Shown piece by piece: positions 22,823-34,568 of a DNA stretch of 64,000 nucleotides. The stretch is from Octopus vulgaris (Eukaryota), in NCBI GenBank assembly GCA_951406725.2, contig OX597815.1, positions 56,482,001 through 56,546,000 on the forward strand. The letters run 5' to 3'. Numbering within the stretch: the stretch's first letter is position 1; each line of letters starts with the position of its first letter. The translations under genes were made by a program, and so were the position numbers. The notes beneath the pieces were generated by a model. That model did no database searches, was not told the origin of the DNA, and saw only the letters and a list, made by a program, of their open reading frames with translations.

Positions 22823-25800
22823 GTTCATGATGCTACTAGGGCCAATACCTCCCACTCCCTCAGGGTTGGCACCCTCAACGTTGGCACACTGAAAGGCAGA
22901 TCTGGCGAGATCGTTGCATTGCTTGAACGGAGGTGTGTCGATATATGCTGTATTCAAGAAGTGAGGTGGAGAGGAGGTTCTGCTAGGTTCCTCACAGGCG
23001 AAGGACACAGGTACAAGATTTTCTGGGCTGGGAATACTGATGGGGTCAGGGGTGTGGGTATACTTATCGCCGAAAAATGGGTAGATAAGGTAATCGAGGT
23101 AGTCAGAGTATGTGACAGAATACTGAAGATTAGATTAGTGCTCCATCATAGTTTAGCAACTATTGTATTGGCCTATGCCCCTCAGCCAGGGCTACCCGAT
23201 GGACAGAAAGACCGTTTCTATGACACCCTACTGCAGACCACCTCATTGATGAACGACAGGGACCTTCTCTTTGTGGCTGGAGACTTCAATGGGCATGTTG
23301 GATGATATGCTGGGGGCTTCCATGGCGTACATGGAGGCTACGGTTATGGTTCCCACAACGAGGAGGGAACCAGGCTGCTGGAGTTCTGTGATGCGAATAG
23401 TCTTATGGTTTGCAACACTAACTTCAGGAAACTGACAAGTCACTTGGTCACCTACCAATCGGGCCGGCATACTAGCCAAATCGACTACATCCTTGCCAGA
23501 AAAAGGGAAAGATGGCTGCTTATAAATGCCAAAACCTTCCCAGGTGAAGAATGTACCCCACAACATAGACTGGTAGTTAGTGAATTTAGGATCAGGACTA
23601 AGAGGATGACTAGAAGACGACCAACATGGAGAAGAAGGGTCTGGAAGCTTAAAGACCTTGCAAATGGACAGAGATTTAGAGACATGTTACTTGAAGCCTT
23701 TGACGAAATAGAAGGGGGTATAGCTACACATGGGGTAGAAGATAACTGGACGCTTCTAAGGGACAACCTGCTGAAAGCCACTGACCAGATCTGTGGCTGG
23801 TACAAAGTCCCCTCAAGACCCAAAATAATGTGGTGGTGGAACAATATTGTTGACAGGGCTATTAGACAAAAGAAACAGGCTTGGAAGAACTAGAAGAACG
23901 GTGGTAGCAGGGAAGTGTATCAGACTGCCAGAAGGGAAGCTAGGAGGCAAGTGTATTTAGCCAGAGGGGAAGCAGATAAGAAAAAATTTGCCAATGTTCT
24001 GCGCCGTGAGGATGAAAGACATGAGGTATTTCGTGTTGCAAGACAGTGTGTGAGAGAGAATCGTGACGTGGTAGGAGAGAAATGTGTTCGCAAGGATGAC
24101 GGTTCACTTGCGCTAAATGAGGATGCAAAGAGGGTGGTTTGGAGATGCCACTATGAAAGGTTGCTGAATAAAGAAAATGAATGGGATAAAGAGAGTCTGC
24201 TGAATGTCGACCCAACAGAGGGACCAGCAATCCGAGTTGACAATTCCTTAGTAGTTAAGGCAATTACAAGCATGAAAACAGGGAAAGCCCCTGGCCCATC
24301 AGGAATTACTGCAGAGATGCTCAAAATATCTGGTAGTGTTGGCTATAGCCTAGTCACCCGTATAGTTAACCAGGTGATACACGAAGGAGTTATACCCAAT
24401 GACTTGTGTAGCAGCATAATAGTCAACTGCTACAAAGGTAAAGGTGACGCTCTAGATACAAATAACTACAGGGGTATCAAGCTGCTGGATCAGGTAATGA
24501 AGGTTACGGAGAGGGTTATAGCCCAACTAATTAGAGTGAGTTAGCTTAGATGAGATGCAGTTTGGGTTCGTGCCAGGGAAAAGTACTACTGATGCTATAT
24601 TCCTGGTAAGACAGCTGCAGGACAAATACCTAGCCAAAGATAAGCCCCTGTACCTGGCTTTTGTTGATATGGAGAAAGCCTTCGACAGGGTCCCCCGATC
24701 CCTTATCTGGTGGTCAATGAGGAAACTAGGGATAGATGAATGGTTAGTGAGAGCTGTGCAAGCCATGTACAGAGACGCTGCTAGTAAGGTGAGGGCTGGC
24801 AACGAGTACAGTGAAGAATTCCGGGTAGAGGTTGGGGTCCACCAAGGTTCAGTCCTCAGTCCCCTCCTATTTATCATAGTCCTCCAGGCAATAACGGAGG
24901 AATTCAAGACAGGATGCCCCTGGGAGCTCCTCTATGCTGATGACCTTGCTCTAATTGCTGAGTCACTATCAGAACTGGAGAAGTTTCAGGTGTGGAAGCA
25001 AGGTTTAGAATCGAAGGGCCTTAGAATCAACCTAGCCAAAACCAAAGTCCTAATAAGTAGGAAGGTAGAACAATCACAAACGCCTTCAGGTAGATGGCCC
25101 TGCTCGATCTGTAAAAAAGGCGTAGGTAGAAACTCTATAAGGTGCACCAAGTGTAAGCTATGGACACATAAGAGGTGTAGCAATGTCAAAGGAAGGCTAA
25201 CCAGGAAAATAGTTTTTATCTGTGACAGATGCTCAGGAGCAATAAACACTGAAAATGTGCAGAGACCAACTTCTACCACGTTCCACAGAGAAAAACTAGA
25301 AGTAGTTGATAGCTTCCGCTACCTAGGTGACCAAGTCAGTAGCGGGGTTGGGTGTGCTGAAAGTGTAACTTCTAGAGTAAGAATAGCCTGGGCAAAGTTT
25401 AGAGAGCTCTTACCCCTGCTGGTGACAAAAGGCCTCTCTCTCAGAGTAAAAGGCAGACTATGACGCATGTGTATGTACAGCCATGCTACATGGTAGTGAA
25501 ACATGGGCCGTGACTGCTGAGGATATGCGTAAGCTCACAAGAAATGAAGCCAGTATGCTCCAATGGATGTGTAATGTCAGTGTTCATAATCGACAGAGTG
25601 TAAGTACCTTGAGAGAAAAGTTGGACCTAAGAAGCATCAGTTGTGGTGTACAAGAGAGACGTTTGTGCTGGTATGGTCATGTGACGAGAATGGCTGAAGA
25701 TAGTTGTGTGCAAAAGTGCCACACCCTAGCAGTTGAGGGAACCTGTGGAAGAGGTAGACCCAGGAAAATCTGGGACGAGGTGGTGAAGCACGACCTTCGA

Positions 25801-25881
25801 ACTTTAGGTCTCACCAAGGAAATGACTAGAGACCGAGACCTATGGAAATATGCTGTGCGTGAGAAGACCCGGCAAGACTAG
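22823..25881 (+). pseudogene. RTE ORF (endonuclease-reverse transcriptase), interrupted by stops and frameshifts
   Basis: ORF-track segments 22919-23305, 23405-23893, 23915-24544, 24555-25463 and 25483-25881 are collinear parts of one protein. Confidence 0.92.
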
Positions 25882-26554
25882 TGAGAACATAACCTGTGGC
25901 CTACATACCTTTCCTTGGGACACAAAACTCCACTTGTGAAGACCCGTTGAGGCAAGTGAAAATCAAAATCAAACCAAATCAAATCCGATATCAGAAAGCA
26001 GAACCAAAATCGAAGTCGATCAACATCAGTGGTAATTGCAGCTGTGGTACCAGTGCCGGTGACAAGTAAGCGAACCATCCGATCGTGGACGTTGCCAGCG
26101 CCGCCCCAACTGGCCTCCGTGCCGGTGGCATGTAAAAGCACCATCCGTTCATGTCCATTGCCAGCCTCTCGCCTGGCCCTTGTGCCAGTGGCATGTAGCA
26201 CCATCCGTTCGTGGCCGTTGCCAGCCACGCCTGTCCCCCGTGCCGGTGGCATGTAAAAAGCACCATCCATCCGTGTCCGTTTGCCAGCTCCGTCTGGCAC
26301 CTGTGTGGGTGGCACGTAAAAAGCACCCACTACACTCACGGAGTGGTTGGTGTTAGGAAGGGCATCCAGCTGTAGAAACACTGCCAGATCAGACTGGGCC
26401 TGATGCAGCCTTCTGGCTTCACAGATCCCAGTTGAACTGTCCAACCCATGCTAGCTTGGAAAGCGGACGCTAAATGATGATGATGATGATAACTTTTAAT
26501 ATATTAATAGTTATTTACCCTGAGTGTTTAGACTCTATGATTCTTTATAAGGTA

Positions 26555-26850
26555 CTAGCAGTATCGCCCGGCGTTGCTCGGGTTTGTAAGGGAAATAACT
26601 ATAAAGCATTTTTAGAGAGTTATATCCAAAAAATAGCAAAAAATGCATTAAAAATGGAAAAAAAAATGATGGTAAATTTTTTTTTAAATCGTTGACTCAT
26701 CGTAGACGCACGCTAATACCCAGAAGGGCTTGATATGAATCACGACTATAAGGTACCCGGTTTTGGTTAAACTGCACCGCAAAATGTAGGAGTAGTTAGG
26801 AATCTAAATCGTAGGAGACAGACACACAACTTTACTTTTATATATAAAGA
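26555..26850 (-). mobile_element. Non-autonomous Helitron
   Basis: Minus strand begins TC (tctttatatataaaag), ends with hairpin cccgagcaacgccggg followed by CTAG, inserted between A and T with no TSD. Confidence 0.85.
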
Positions 26851-26853
26851 TTT

Positions 26854-27187
26854 GGATCTTTTCGCTTTGACCGGCAGATTTTTAAAATAATTTACATGTA
26901 ACTAAACACTTAAACTTCGTATACTGGTAGAATGTGTTTATAAAACATCTTTTTCTCTTGGCTTTCTTGAGAAAATTCTGTAGTTTGTAAGATATTTTCT
27001 TCAATTTCAGCAATTTCAACCAATCAATGATGTCTATTGAGGTGAACACGATTTCTGCCGTAGAGTGTAAACAACATTTTCTGGCGGTGTCATATAAAAA
27101 TGTCACCTATAATTATGACCCTAGTATCGATCTATTGCATTTCAATCTGTTTTAGAGTTAGAGTTAGGGTTAGTTGTAAAAAGATCC
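26854..27187. mobile_element. MITE with ggatctttt TIRs and 8-bp TSD
   Basis: ggatctttt..aaaagatcc; TSD aggtattt (rebuilt by removing the Helitron) / aggtattc; internal ttagagttagggttag. Confidence 0.65.
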
Positions 27188-27431
27188 AGGTATTCGTTGA
27201 AGGGACCAATGAAACACAACCATTTTCAAATGTGTATCACTTAAAGTAATTGTATATGCTTGCTTATACCCTCATTTTTGTTCCATTCTAAACAAAACTG
27301 TTCGACGAACAGGAACATGGAACTCAGAGCAACAGGTTATATGATATGTTTGCTGCTTTTTAATAAAGTATATTCATATATCTATATATATATAAGTACA
27401 TATATATATACATTCATATGTGTATATATAT

Positions 27432-30400
27432 ATTTATTTTTATTTTATCCAGTTTCAGCTCACGAGCTGTGGCCATGCTCGGGCACCGCCATTCAGTGCT
27501 GCTACATGATTTTACTTCACAAATGCTTTTTAGCAATTGCCATTTGGTGCATGAGAGAGTTTGATGCAGCTGCCCTCATCTGCACCTCCTGCCGTGAAGT
27601 TGGTTCATCTGGGACACCTGACAGGAAGAGATCCAGTTTTATTTTAAAGACATCTGGTCTCTCAGGTTCTTCGGGAGGATATTGAAGAGCAGTGGGCTTC
27701 TAAAGCCCAGGCTATCATAGTATCTTGCCCTACATCTTGATGGCAAATTTGGAGTCCTTGGCACTATGCAGTGGCACCCAGTTCTAGTATTTGTGTAACT
27801 CTCGATGCCAAAGTTTGGGACAAGTCCTTCTAGGATCTTCCAGATGTATATTATGGCATATCTTTCTAGCCTATGCTCTAAGGAATAGAGTCTTAATCTC
27901 TTGAGTCTTTCCTAATAGATTATATACTGCACAGAGGCTATCTTCTTTGTGTAGCTTCGTTGGATCGCCTCAAGTTCTGTGATTAATTTGACACTGGATG
28001 GTGACCATAGCTGAGAGCAATAGTCAAAGTGGCTTAGGACAAGTGTCCTCCAGAGGACCATCATGGTTTCCTGGTCTCTTGTTCTAAAGGCTCTAAGAAT
28101 CCATCCGGTCAGCCGCTTATATTTCTTTTTCAATTTAGCAACATACACATGAAAGGTTGCATCATTACTCATGTTAATACTCAGGTCTCGCACTGATTGT
28201 GCCTCTGGGATTGCAATCCCTCCAGGTCCAGTGTATTTATCGGGTATTGCATTTAATTTTGCATGCTGATAGCATAAAGCTTGAAACTTACCAGCATTGA
28301 ACTGCATGCTATTCTTTTCAGCCCACTTGTATATTTTGTCCATCTCACATTGCAGGTGCATAGTGTCTTCAGGGTTCTGTATTACCTGTGAAACTTTTGT
28401 ATCATCTGCATAACTTGTGATCGTGGCTCTCTGCATGGCTGAGGGCATGTCTGAGAGGGCCATTATGAACAGTAGTGGTCCCAAAACAGTGCCCTGCGGA
28501 ACACCGCTCACTATTTGCGTGTTAATGGCTACTACCACCTGACTTCTATCCTTCAGAAAGTCATGAAGCCATTCTCCCAATTTTCCAACTATGCTAAGAT
28601 CACGCAGTTTGTGACATATCATTCCATGATCGACTTTATTAAAGGCTTTTGCAAAGTCGAGATATATGACTTCCCCATTTGAGTGGTTGAGCAGTTGTTT
28701 CAGCACCCAGTCATAGTGTTGTAGGAGCTGAAGTAAGCAGCTTCTTTCTGGTCGGAAACCATGTTGGGTGTCAGGCAACAAGTTATTTTCTTCAAGGAAG
28801 GCGATTAGTTTCCTTCTGACTATTCGTTCCATGACCTTGCTGATGTGTGAGGTCAGAGAGATAGGTCTGTAGTTCTTGGCCTCCGCTCTGCTACCTCCTT
28901 TATGAATAGGGCATATTTTACCTTCCTTCAGTTTTCTTGGAAGTTTGCCAGTTGCAAGGAAGCTCTGAAAGAGGAACTGCAGTGGTCTTGCTAGGACTCT
29001 CTTACATACTTTTAGAAGGATTGCTGGGAATCCATCTGGGCCAGTAGCTGAGTTTGTTTTCATTTCATCTATAGCCTTTATTACATCGTCTTCCTCGATA
29101 TCGATGTAATCAATCATCGTTGCCTCTGATTTTATATCTGCAGTGGTAAAGAAGTCATTTGGATTGGTGATTTGGAAATGCCCAAGGGATGGATTGAAAA
29201 TACTCTTGAATTGCTCATTTAGTATGTCAATTATCCTTATTGGATTTCCTGTGAGTGTACCATCCTACAGTGACCCTATCCGACAGTGCACCGTAGCTGT
29301 TTCTTTGGCAAACTTGTAGAAAGCTATGGGGTTAGATTTTATGTTGTCTATAGCCCAGGTTTCTTTGCTCTTTCTTTTTCATGGGAGAGTTGCAGACATT
29401 TTTCAATTTCCAACAGTTTTATTTTCAGGCGGGACTTTTTACTGCTTTCAATTTGTTTGTTTAGGTGATTTGAAACTTTTGTACGCCGTCTCATTAGAAT
29501 TTTCCTCTCTCTAGGGATTTTGTTCTTGTGTACAGTGGCCTTTCTCTCTGGGACACATTTGTAGCATATGGCTTGCATTACAAACATGTCGATATCTGGC
29601 GAGGAGAGACATTCAGGCCAGTTTTGTTTGAGGATCTCTTTCTCAATTTGTTTCCAGTTTGCCTTATGGAAGTTCAAGCTGGAAAGATTCTGAGAGTTTC
29701 TTGTAGGCTGCATGTCCATGCTTTCCTTTGGCCCGTACATGGTCAGCTCTACCATGTTGTGATCCGAGAGTAGTGTCGGTGTCACTTTCACATTATGGAT
29801 GAGATCCATATTATTTGTGAAGCAGAGATCCAGTATGTTACCTGCCCTGGTTGGTTGGAGTATTACTTGCTCCATGTACAGAGTTTTGATGAGGTTCAGG
29901 AGGGACCTAGCCTGTCCTCATTCGCATCGTGTCATTCCTGGGAGAGAAAGGCCCTCTGGCCATCTGACATCGGGTAGATTGAAGTCTCCCATAAGAAGTA
30001 CACTTATGTGTTTTTCTAATGTGACTAGAACTTCTATTTTTATAAGGTAGTCTTCAAACTTGCGTACATGACTTGGAGCATCTGGAGGTTGATATGTGGC
30101 ACATATAACTACACCGAGTTGCCTTATATGTACAATTAGTGTGTCACACACTGAATTTGAGTATGACAAAAGGACCTGGGGTGTGAGGTCCTCGCAGATG
30201 TACATAGCAACTCCACCATGACTCCTTTCTTTTCTGTTGGTCTGTAATACAACATACTGTAGTATGTGTATTTCCGCATCTGCTATGTCCGGTTTCAGGT
30301 GTGTTTCCGTAAGTGCTATGCATAAGGCTTGATTGCATGCAACAAGGTCTCTCAAGAAAGGGATTTTTGTCCTGTTACTGAGTGCTAGCAGTCCTCTGAT

Positions 30401-32270
30401 GTTCAGTAGGAGCATCGAGGTGATGTGTGTGTTGTCAGTGGTGTCCACCTTGGGTCTATTTGCTGTGGTGGTCTTGTGTATTGTGGATAGTCCCATCTGT
30501 GAGTTTGAGTTTGATGGAGCCAGGTTTGCTGCTGTACAATCTTTTGTGCCATGCACAAAAGAGATTCTTGTTCAGCAGCTGCTCTTTCAATGACATATTG
30601 ATGGTTTGTTACACGCACTACATCTGCGTTCCTCTGTTTTGGGGTAGGTGTTAAGTAGTCCTTTCCTTTTCCTTTTGGCAGGTGGTTTCCGCCCTGTTTT
30701 ATGTCTATGTGGCGGGGTCTTTGGTGTGCAAAACGGCAGCCTGCACCTTCCTCTCCATGCCAGCAGACACCTTTCAGGTAGAATTTACACATTCGTGTGT
30801 GCTGTCTCTTTCTGTCCTTTTTGGTATATGGATAGTCAGGTTTGCTTCTTTTCTTGGTTGTTTCATCTGTTGGTTTTGTTTAAGTTTTAGTTTTTCCTTC
30901 TTTGGCTGTTTCATCCCTTGTTTTTCTTTCAGTTTTTCCTTCTTTTATTTCGTTTTTGGCTCTTTCATCTCCGTGGTTTTGGCTTTTGATGCTGGTAGGG
31001 ACACTTGCACTTGGGTATACTTCCCGGGCAGGTTTCTCACTTGAATCTTCTTTGTTGTCCTGGGTGTCTACCAAGTGGGGGTGACATCTTTCATCTGCAT
31101 CCGTGCCTCCATCCTTGTCATCTTTTCTTTGTTTGTTGTCAAAGATGGCATCAAGAGTGCTGATATGGTATCTTATGAGTGCATAGGAGCATATAAACTC
31201 CCTCTTTCGCTCTATCTGTGCTAACATCCTTGTGTAACCATTGCTCTTCAGCGCAGCTGTAATTATGTTGTCTGGGTTATTTCCATCAGCACAGTACCGG
31301 GCTCTCAAAAACAAGGCCAATTCCATGCTCCTCCAGGTTCTGGACATTTTTTTTGGATATTTTTTTTATTTATCTATCTAATTATATTTAAAATTCAACA
31401 GTGTAATAGAGGGTAAAGAAGAAATAGAGAAAGAAAGTGTCTATGTATTTAGAGAGATTGAGCAGCTGAGAGAAGATAAGAAGAGAGTAAGAGAGAGTGA
31501 GAGGAGAATGTTCGCGTCTATATATTTAGGAAAATTGAGAGGCTGAGAGAGGAAAGATGGTGTGACAGAGAAAGAGGCGTGATGGAGAGAAGTGAAGAGA
31601 GAGAGAGAGTGAAAGAGAGGAAGTTATGCAAAAGATTGAGCGGCTGAGAGAAGATAAGATGAAAATGAGAGAGAGTGAGAGGAGAATGTTCATGTCTATA
31701 TATTTAGGAAGATTGAGAGGCTGAGAGAAGAAAGATGGTGTAATAGAGAGAAGTGAAGAGAGAGAAAGAAAAGAAAGAGATGAAGTTATGCAAAAAAGAT
31801 TCTACTTGGATAGTAGAATATATAAATAAAGTAACAAATAAATATATATTTATCTGCAACTATGAAAGTTCTCTTCTAAACTAATTATAAATATATATGT
31901 CTGTAACTACGAAAGTTTTCTTCTAAACTAATTACGACTATATTTCTAATGTCCGCGTCTATATATTTAGGAAGAGTGAGAGGCTGAGAGGAGAAAGATG
32001 GTGTGACAGGGAGAGGCGAAGAGACAGAGAGAAAGAAAGTAACGAAAGAGAAGAAGTTATGCAAAAGATTCTACTTGGATATAGTGAGAAATTGATAAAA
32101 GCGAAGTGGGCGAAGGTGAAGAAACAGAGAGAAAGTAATTAGAGATGAAGTTATGCAAAAGATTCTACTTGGATAGTACAATATATAAATAAAGTAACAA
32201 ATAAGTAAATATATATATATAAATAAAGTAAAAAATAAATATATCCGGTTCCGTTTTCAGCAGAGAGAGA
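27432..32270 (-). mobile_element. Full-length CR1/L2-group LINE copy A (CCCH ORF1 + APE-RT ORF2), disabled
   Basis: ORF1 31347-30403 with one in-frame stop; ORF2 pieces 30556-29918, 29875-29348, 29117-27912 (LTETHL, GDFNLP, SDH, QHGFR, GVPQGTVLGP, YADD); 3' tail and A-rich end at 27432-27490; 5' end approximate. Confidence 0.93.
31400..32240 (-). repeat. GA-rich tandem monomers in the 5' region of LINE copy A
   Basis: Recurrent gtctatatatttaggaa..gagaggctgaga..aaagatggtgt..gaagttatgcaaaagatt blocks. Confidence 0.8.
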
Positions 32271-32954
32271 CGTGATTGCCTTTGCTCTGTGAAAAAGTTT
32301 GCATAGATCAGCGAAATAACCTACTGAAGTAGCAAAACGTAAAACTCTAAGTCATAGAGATCATTACAACACTTTGGTTAAAAATATAAAAAATATATAT
32401 ATATATATATACATATATACAGTAATTTTCATTTTCGCCGAAAACGCACATGGTGGAAAAACTCACTGAATCAAGTTATCTCCTGCAAGAAGGAAAAGAA
32501 GCATCTCTCCTGGAAAACAATCCCGTAAACCACAAAAAATCCAGACCACATCGTTGGATTAAGTATCACTTTCATCTTCTATTTCATATTTTGTTTATTA
32601 TCCTATTTTATCCCCCTTAACTTAAGCCCACATCTCGGTTAAAGTTACGATCGCCATTTTTGTTTTGTTTACATCTCAATATCTGTTCTCGAAGGCAGAA
32701 ATTGGCTTCAGAATTAAATAACCCTTTCTTCACACTTTAATATATATATTTTAATATATTTTCACTCACTTTCTTTTTCTTCCACCTTCCTTCTCTCCCC
32801 GTCTGTGTATATGTGTGTGTGTGTGTGCACGTGTATGTATATATGTGTGCGTGTATGTATATATGTATGCGTATATATGCATGGACGTGAACTTTCACGA
32901 ACTTTAGATAGATAAATAATCTTTCCTCTCTTTCTTACCCTCTCATCTCTCCTC

Positions 32955-33605
32955 TTTCAGATACTCTATCTTCTAATTAGCCTTAAGATTAAATAACGTT
33001 TAATATTGTTTAATTTTGTTTAACATTGTTAATAATTTTTCAGATACTCTATCTTCTAATTAGCCTTAAGAATAAACGTTTTTACCCACACTTTAATATC
33101 TTCTAATTTTTTACCCACACTTTAATATCTTCTAATTAGTCTTTTTACCCACATTTTAATATTTGTTAATATATTTTCAGATACTCTATCCTCTAATAAG
33201 CCTTAAGATTAAATCACGTTTTTACCCACACTTTAACATTTTTACCCACACTTTAATATATTTTTGAATACTCTATCTTCTAATTAGCCTTAAGATTAAA
33301 TAACGTTTTTACCAACACTTTAATATAATATTAATATTGTTAACATATTTTCAGATACTCTATCTCCTAATTAGCCTTAAGATTAAATAACGTTTTTACC
33401 CACAAACGTTAATATTGTTAATATTAATAATACTCTATCCTCTAATTAGCCTTAAGATTAAATAACGTTTTTACCCACACTTTAATATATTTTTGAATAC
33501 TCTATCTTCTAATTAGCCTTAAGATTAAATAACGTTTTTACCCACAAACTTTAATATTGTTAATATCTTTTTCAAATACTCTATCTTCTAATTAGCCTTA
33601 ATATC
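32955..33605 (+). repeat. AT-rich minisatellite (5' monomer array of LINE copy B)
   Basis: About 8 copies of atactctatcttctaattagccttaagattaaataacgttt with related AT-rich linkers. Confidence 0.9.
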
Positions 33606-33662
33606 TTCTTGTCTTCTCTCGAACATAGTTAGATAGATAAACAAATAGACAGATTATCCAGC

Positions 33663-34568
33663 ATGTCCAGAGCCTGGAGACCTGACGAACTAGATTTATT
33701 CGTACGAGCCTGGAAGTGCGCCGACGGAGATAGCCCTAGCGAGGTGATTGCGGCTGCGCTGAAGAACAACGGCTACAAGAGGACAGCGGCTCAGATGGAG
33801 CGAAAGAGACGGGAATTCGTGCGCTCATATGCGCTTGTACGGTCACACATTGGCGCACTTGATGCCATCTTTGAGAACGAGCGGGGCAAAGATGGCAAGA
33901 ATGGAGACGATGAAAGAAGTCACCCCCACCTGGTGGACGCCCGGGAGGAGGTTTTGAATGAGAAACCTGCCCGGGAAGTGAACCCAGGTGCAAGTTCTCC
34001 AACCGGCAGCAAGGGCCATGGAGACGGAGAACCCGGTGAAGAGGTAGAGGGAGGAGGAAGAACTAAAAGAAGGACTGGAAGAGCTAAAGGAAAAGCTCAA
34101 GCAGGACCAAAGGGTGAAAAAACCAGGAATAGAAGTGGAACCGCAAAAGATGGAAACAAACAGCGCACACGGGTGTGTAGGTTCTACCTGAGAGGTTCCT
34201 GCTGGCATGGAAAGGAAGGTGCAGGCTGCCGCTTTGCACATCGGGGACCCTGCCACAGAGACACGAGGCAGATGGACAAACCATCAACACAAGGAAAAGG
34301 GATGGACCACGCACCACTTGCCCCAAAGCGGAGGTACGCAGATGTTGTGCGTGCCACAAACCGCCAACATGATGTTGTCGAAAGGGCAGCTGCTGAGCAA
34401 CAATCTTTTTTGTGCATGGCACAAAAGATTGTACAGCAGCTGACCTGGCTTCATCAAACCCAAGCCCGCAGGTGGGACTACCCACTATATACCAGACCAC
34501 CACAGCAAACAGACACAGGATGGACACCGCCGGCAACAACGTACACCTCACCTCGATGCTCCTACTGA
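33663..34568 (+). CDS. LINE ORF1 protein with CCCH zinc finger (301 aa)
   Basis: Uninterrupted ATG-TGA ORF; C-x7-C-x8-C-x3-H (CRFYLRGSCWHGKEGAGCRFAH, 34176-34241), conserved in copy A; basic linker. Confidence 0.85.
   Translation: MSRAWRPDELDLFVRAWKCADGDSPSEVIAAALKNNGYKRTAAQMERKRREFVRSYALVRSHIGALDAIFENERGKDGKNGDDERSHPHLVDAREEVLNEKPAREVNPGASSPTGSKGHGDGEPGEEVEGGGRTKRRTGRAKGKAQAGPKGEKTRNRSGTAKDGNKQRTRVCRFYLRGSCWHGKEGAGCRFAHRGPCHRDTRQMDKPSTQGKGMDHAPLAPKRRYADVVRATNRQHDVVERAAAEQQSFLCMAQKIVQQLTWLHQTQARRWDYPLYTRPPQQTDTGWTPPATTYTSPRCSY

Larger units (their letters stand above)
22480..26490 (+). mobile_element. Near full-length young RTE-clade LINE (APE + RT), few disablements
   Basis: LRVGTLNVG..IQEVRW..AYAPQ..GDFNGHVG..QIDY..QHRLV (APE); QFGF, VHQGSVLSP, LYADD (RT); RPRKIW C-terminus; tandem-repeat 3' UTR; (GAT)n tail 26475-26490. 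5' end approximate, TSD not found. Confidence 0.95.

Noticed and set aside
32955-33605. CRISPR-like repeat/spacer appearance
   Set aside because: The linkers are related AT-rich variants of each other, there are no cas genes, and the context is eukaryotic; this is a minisatellite.
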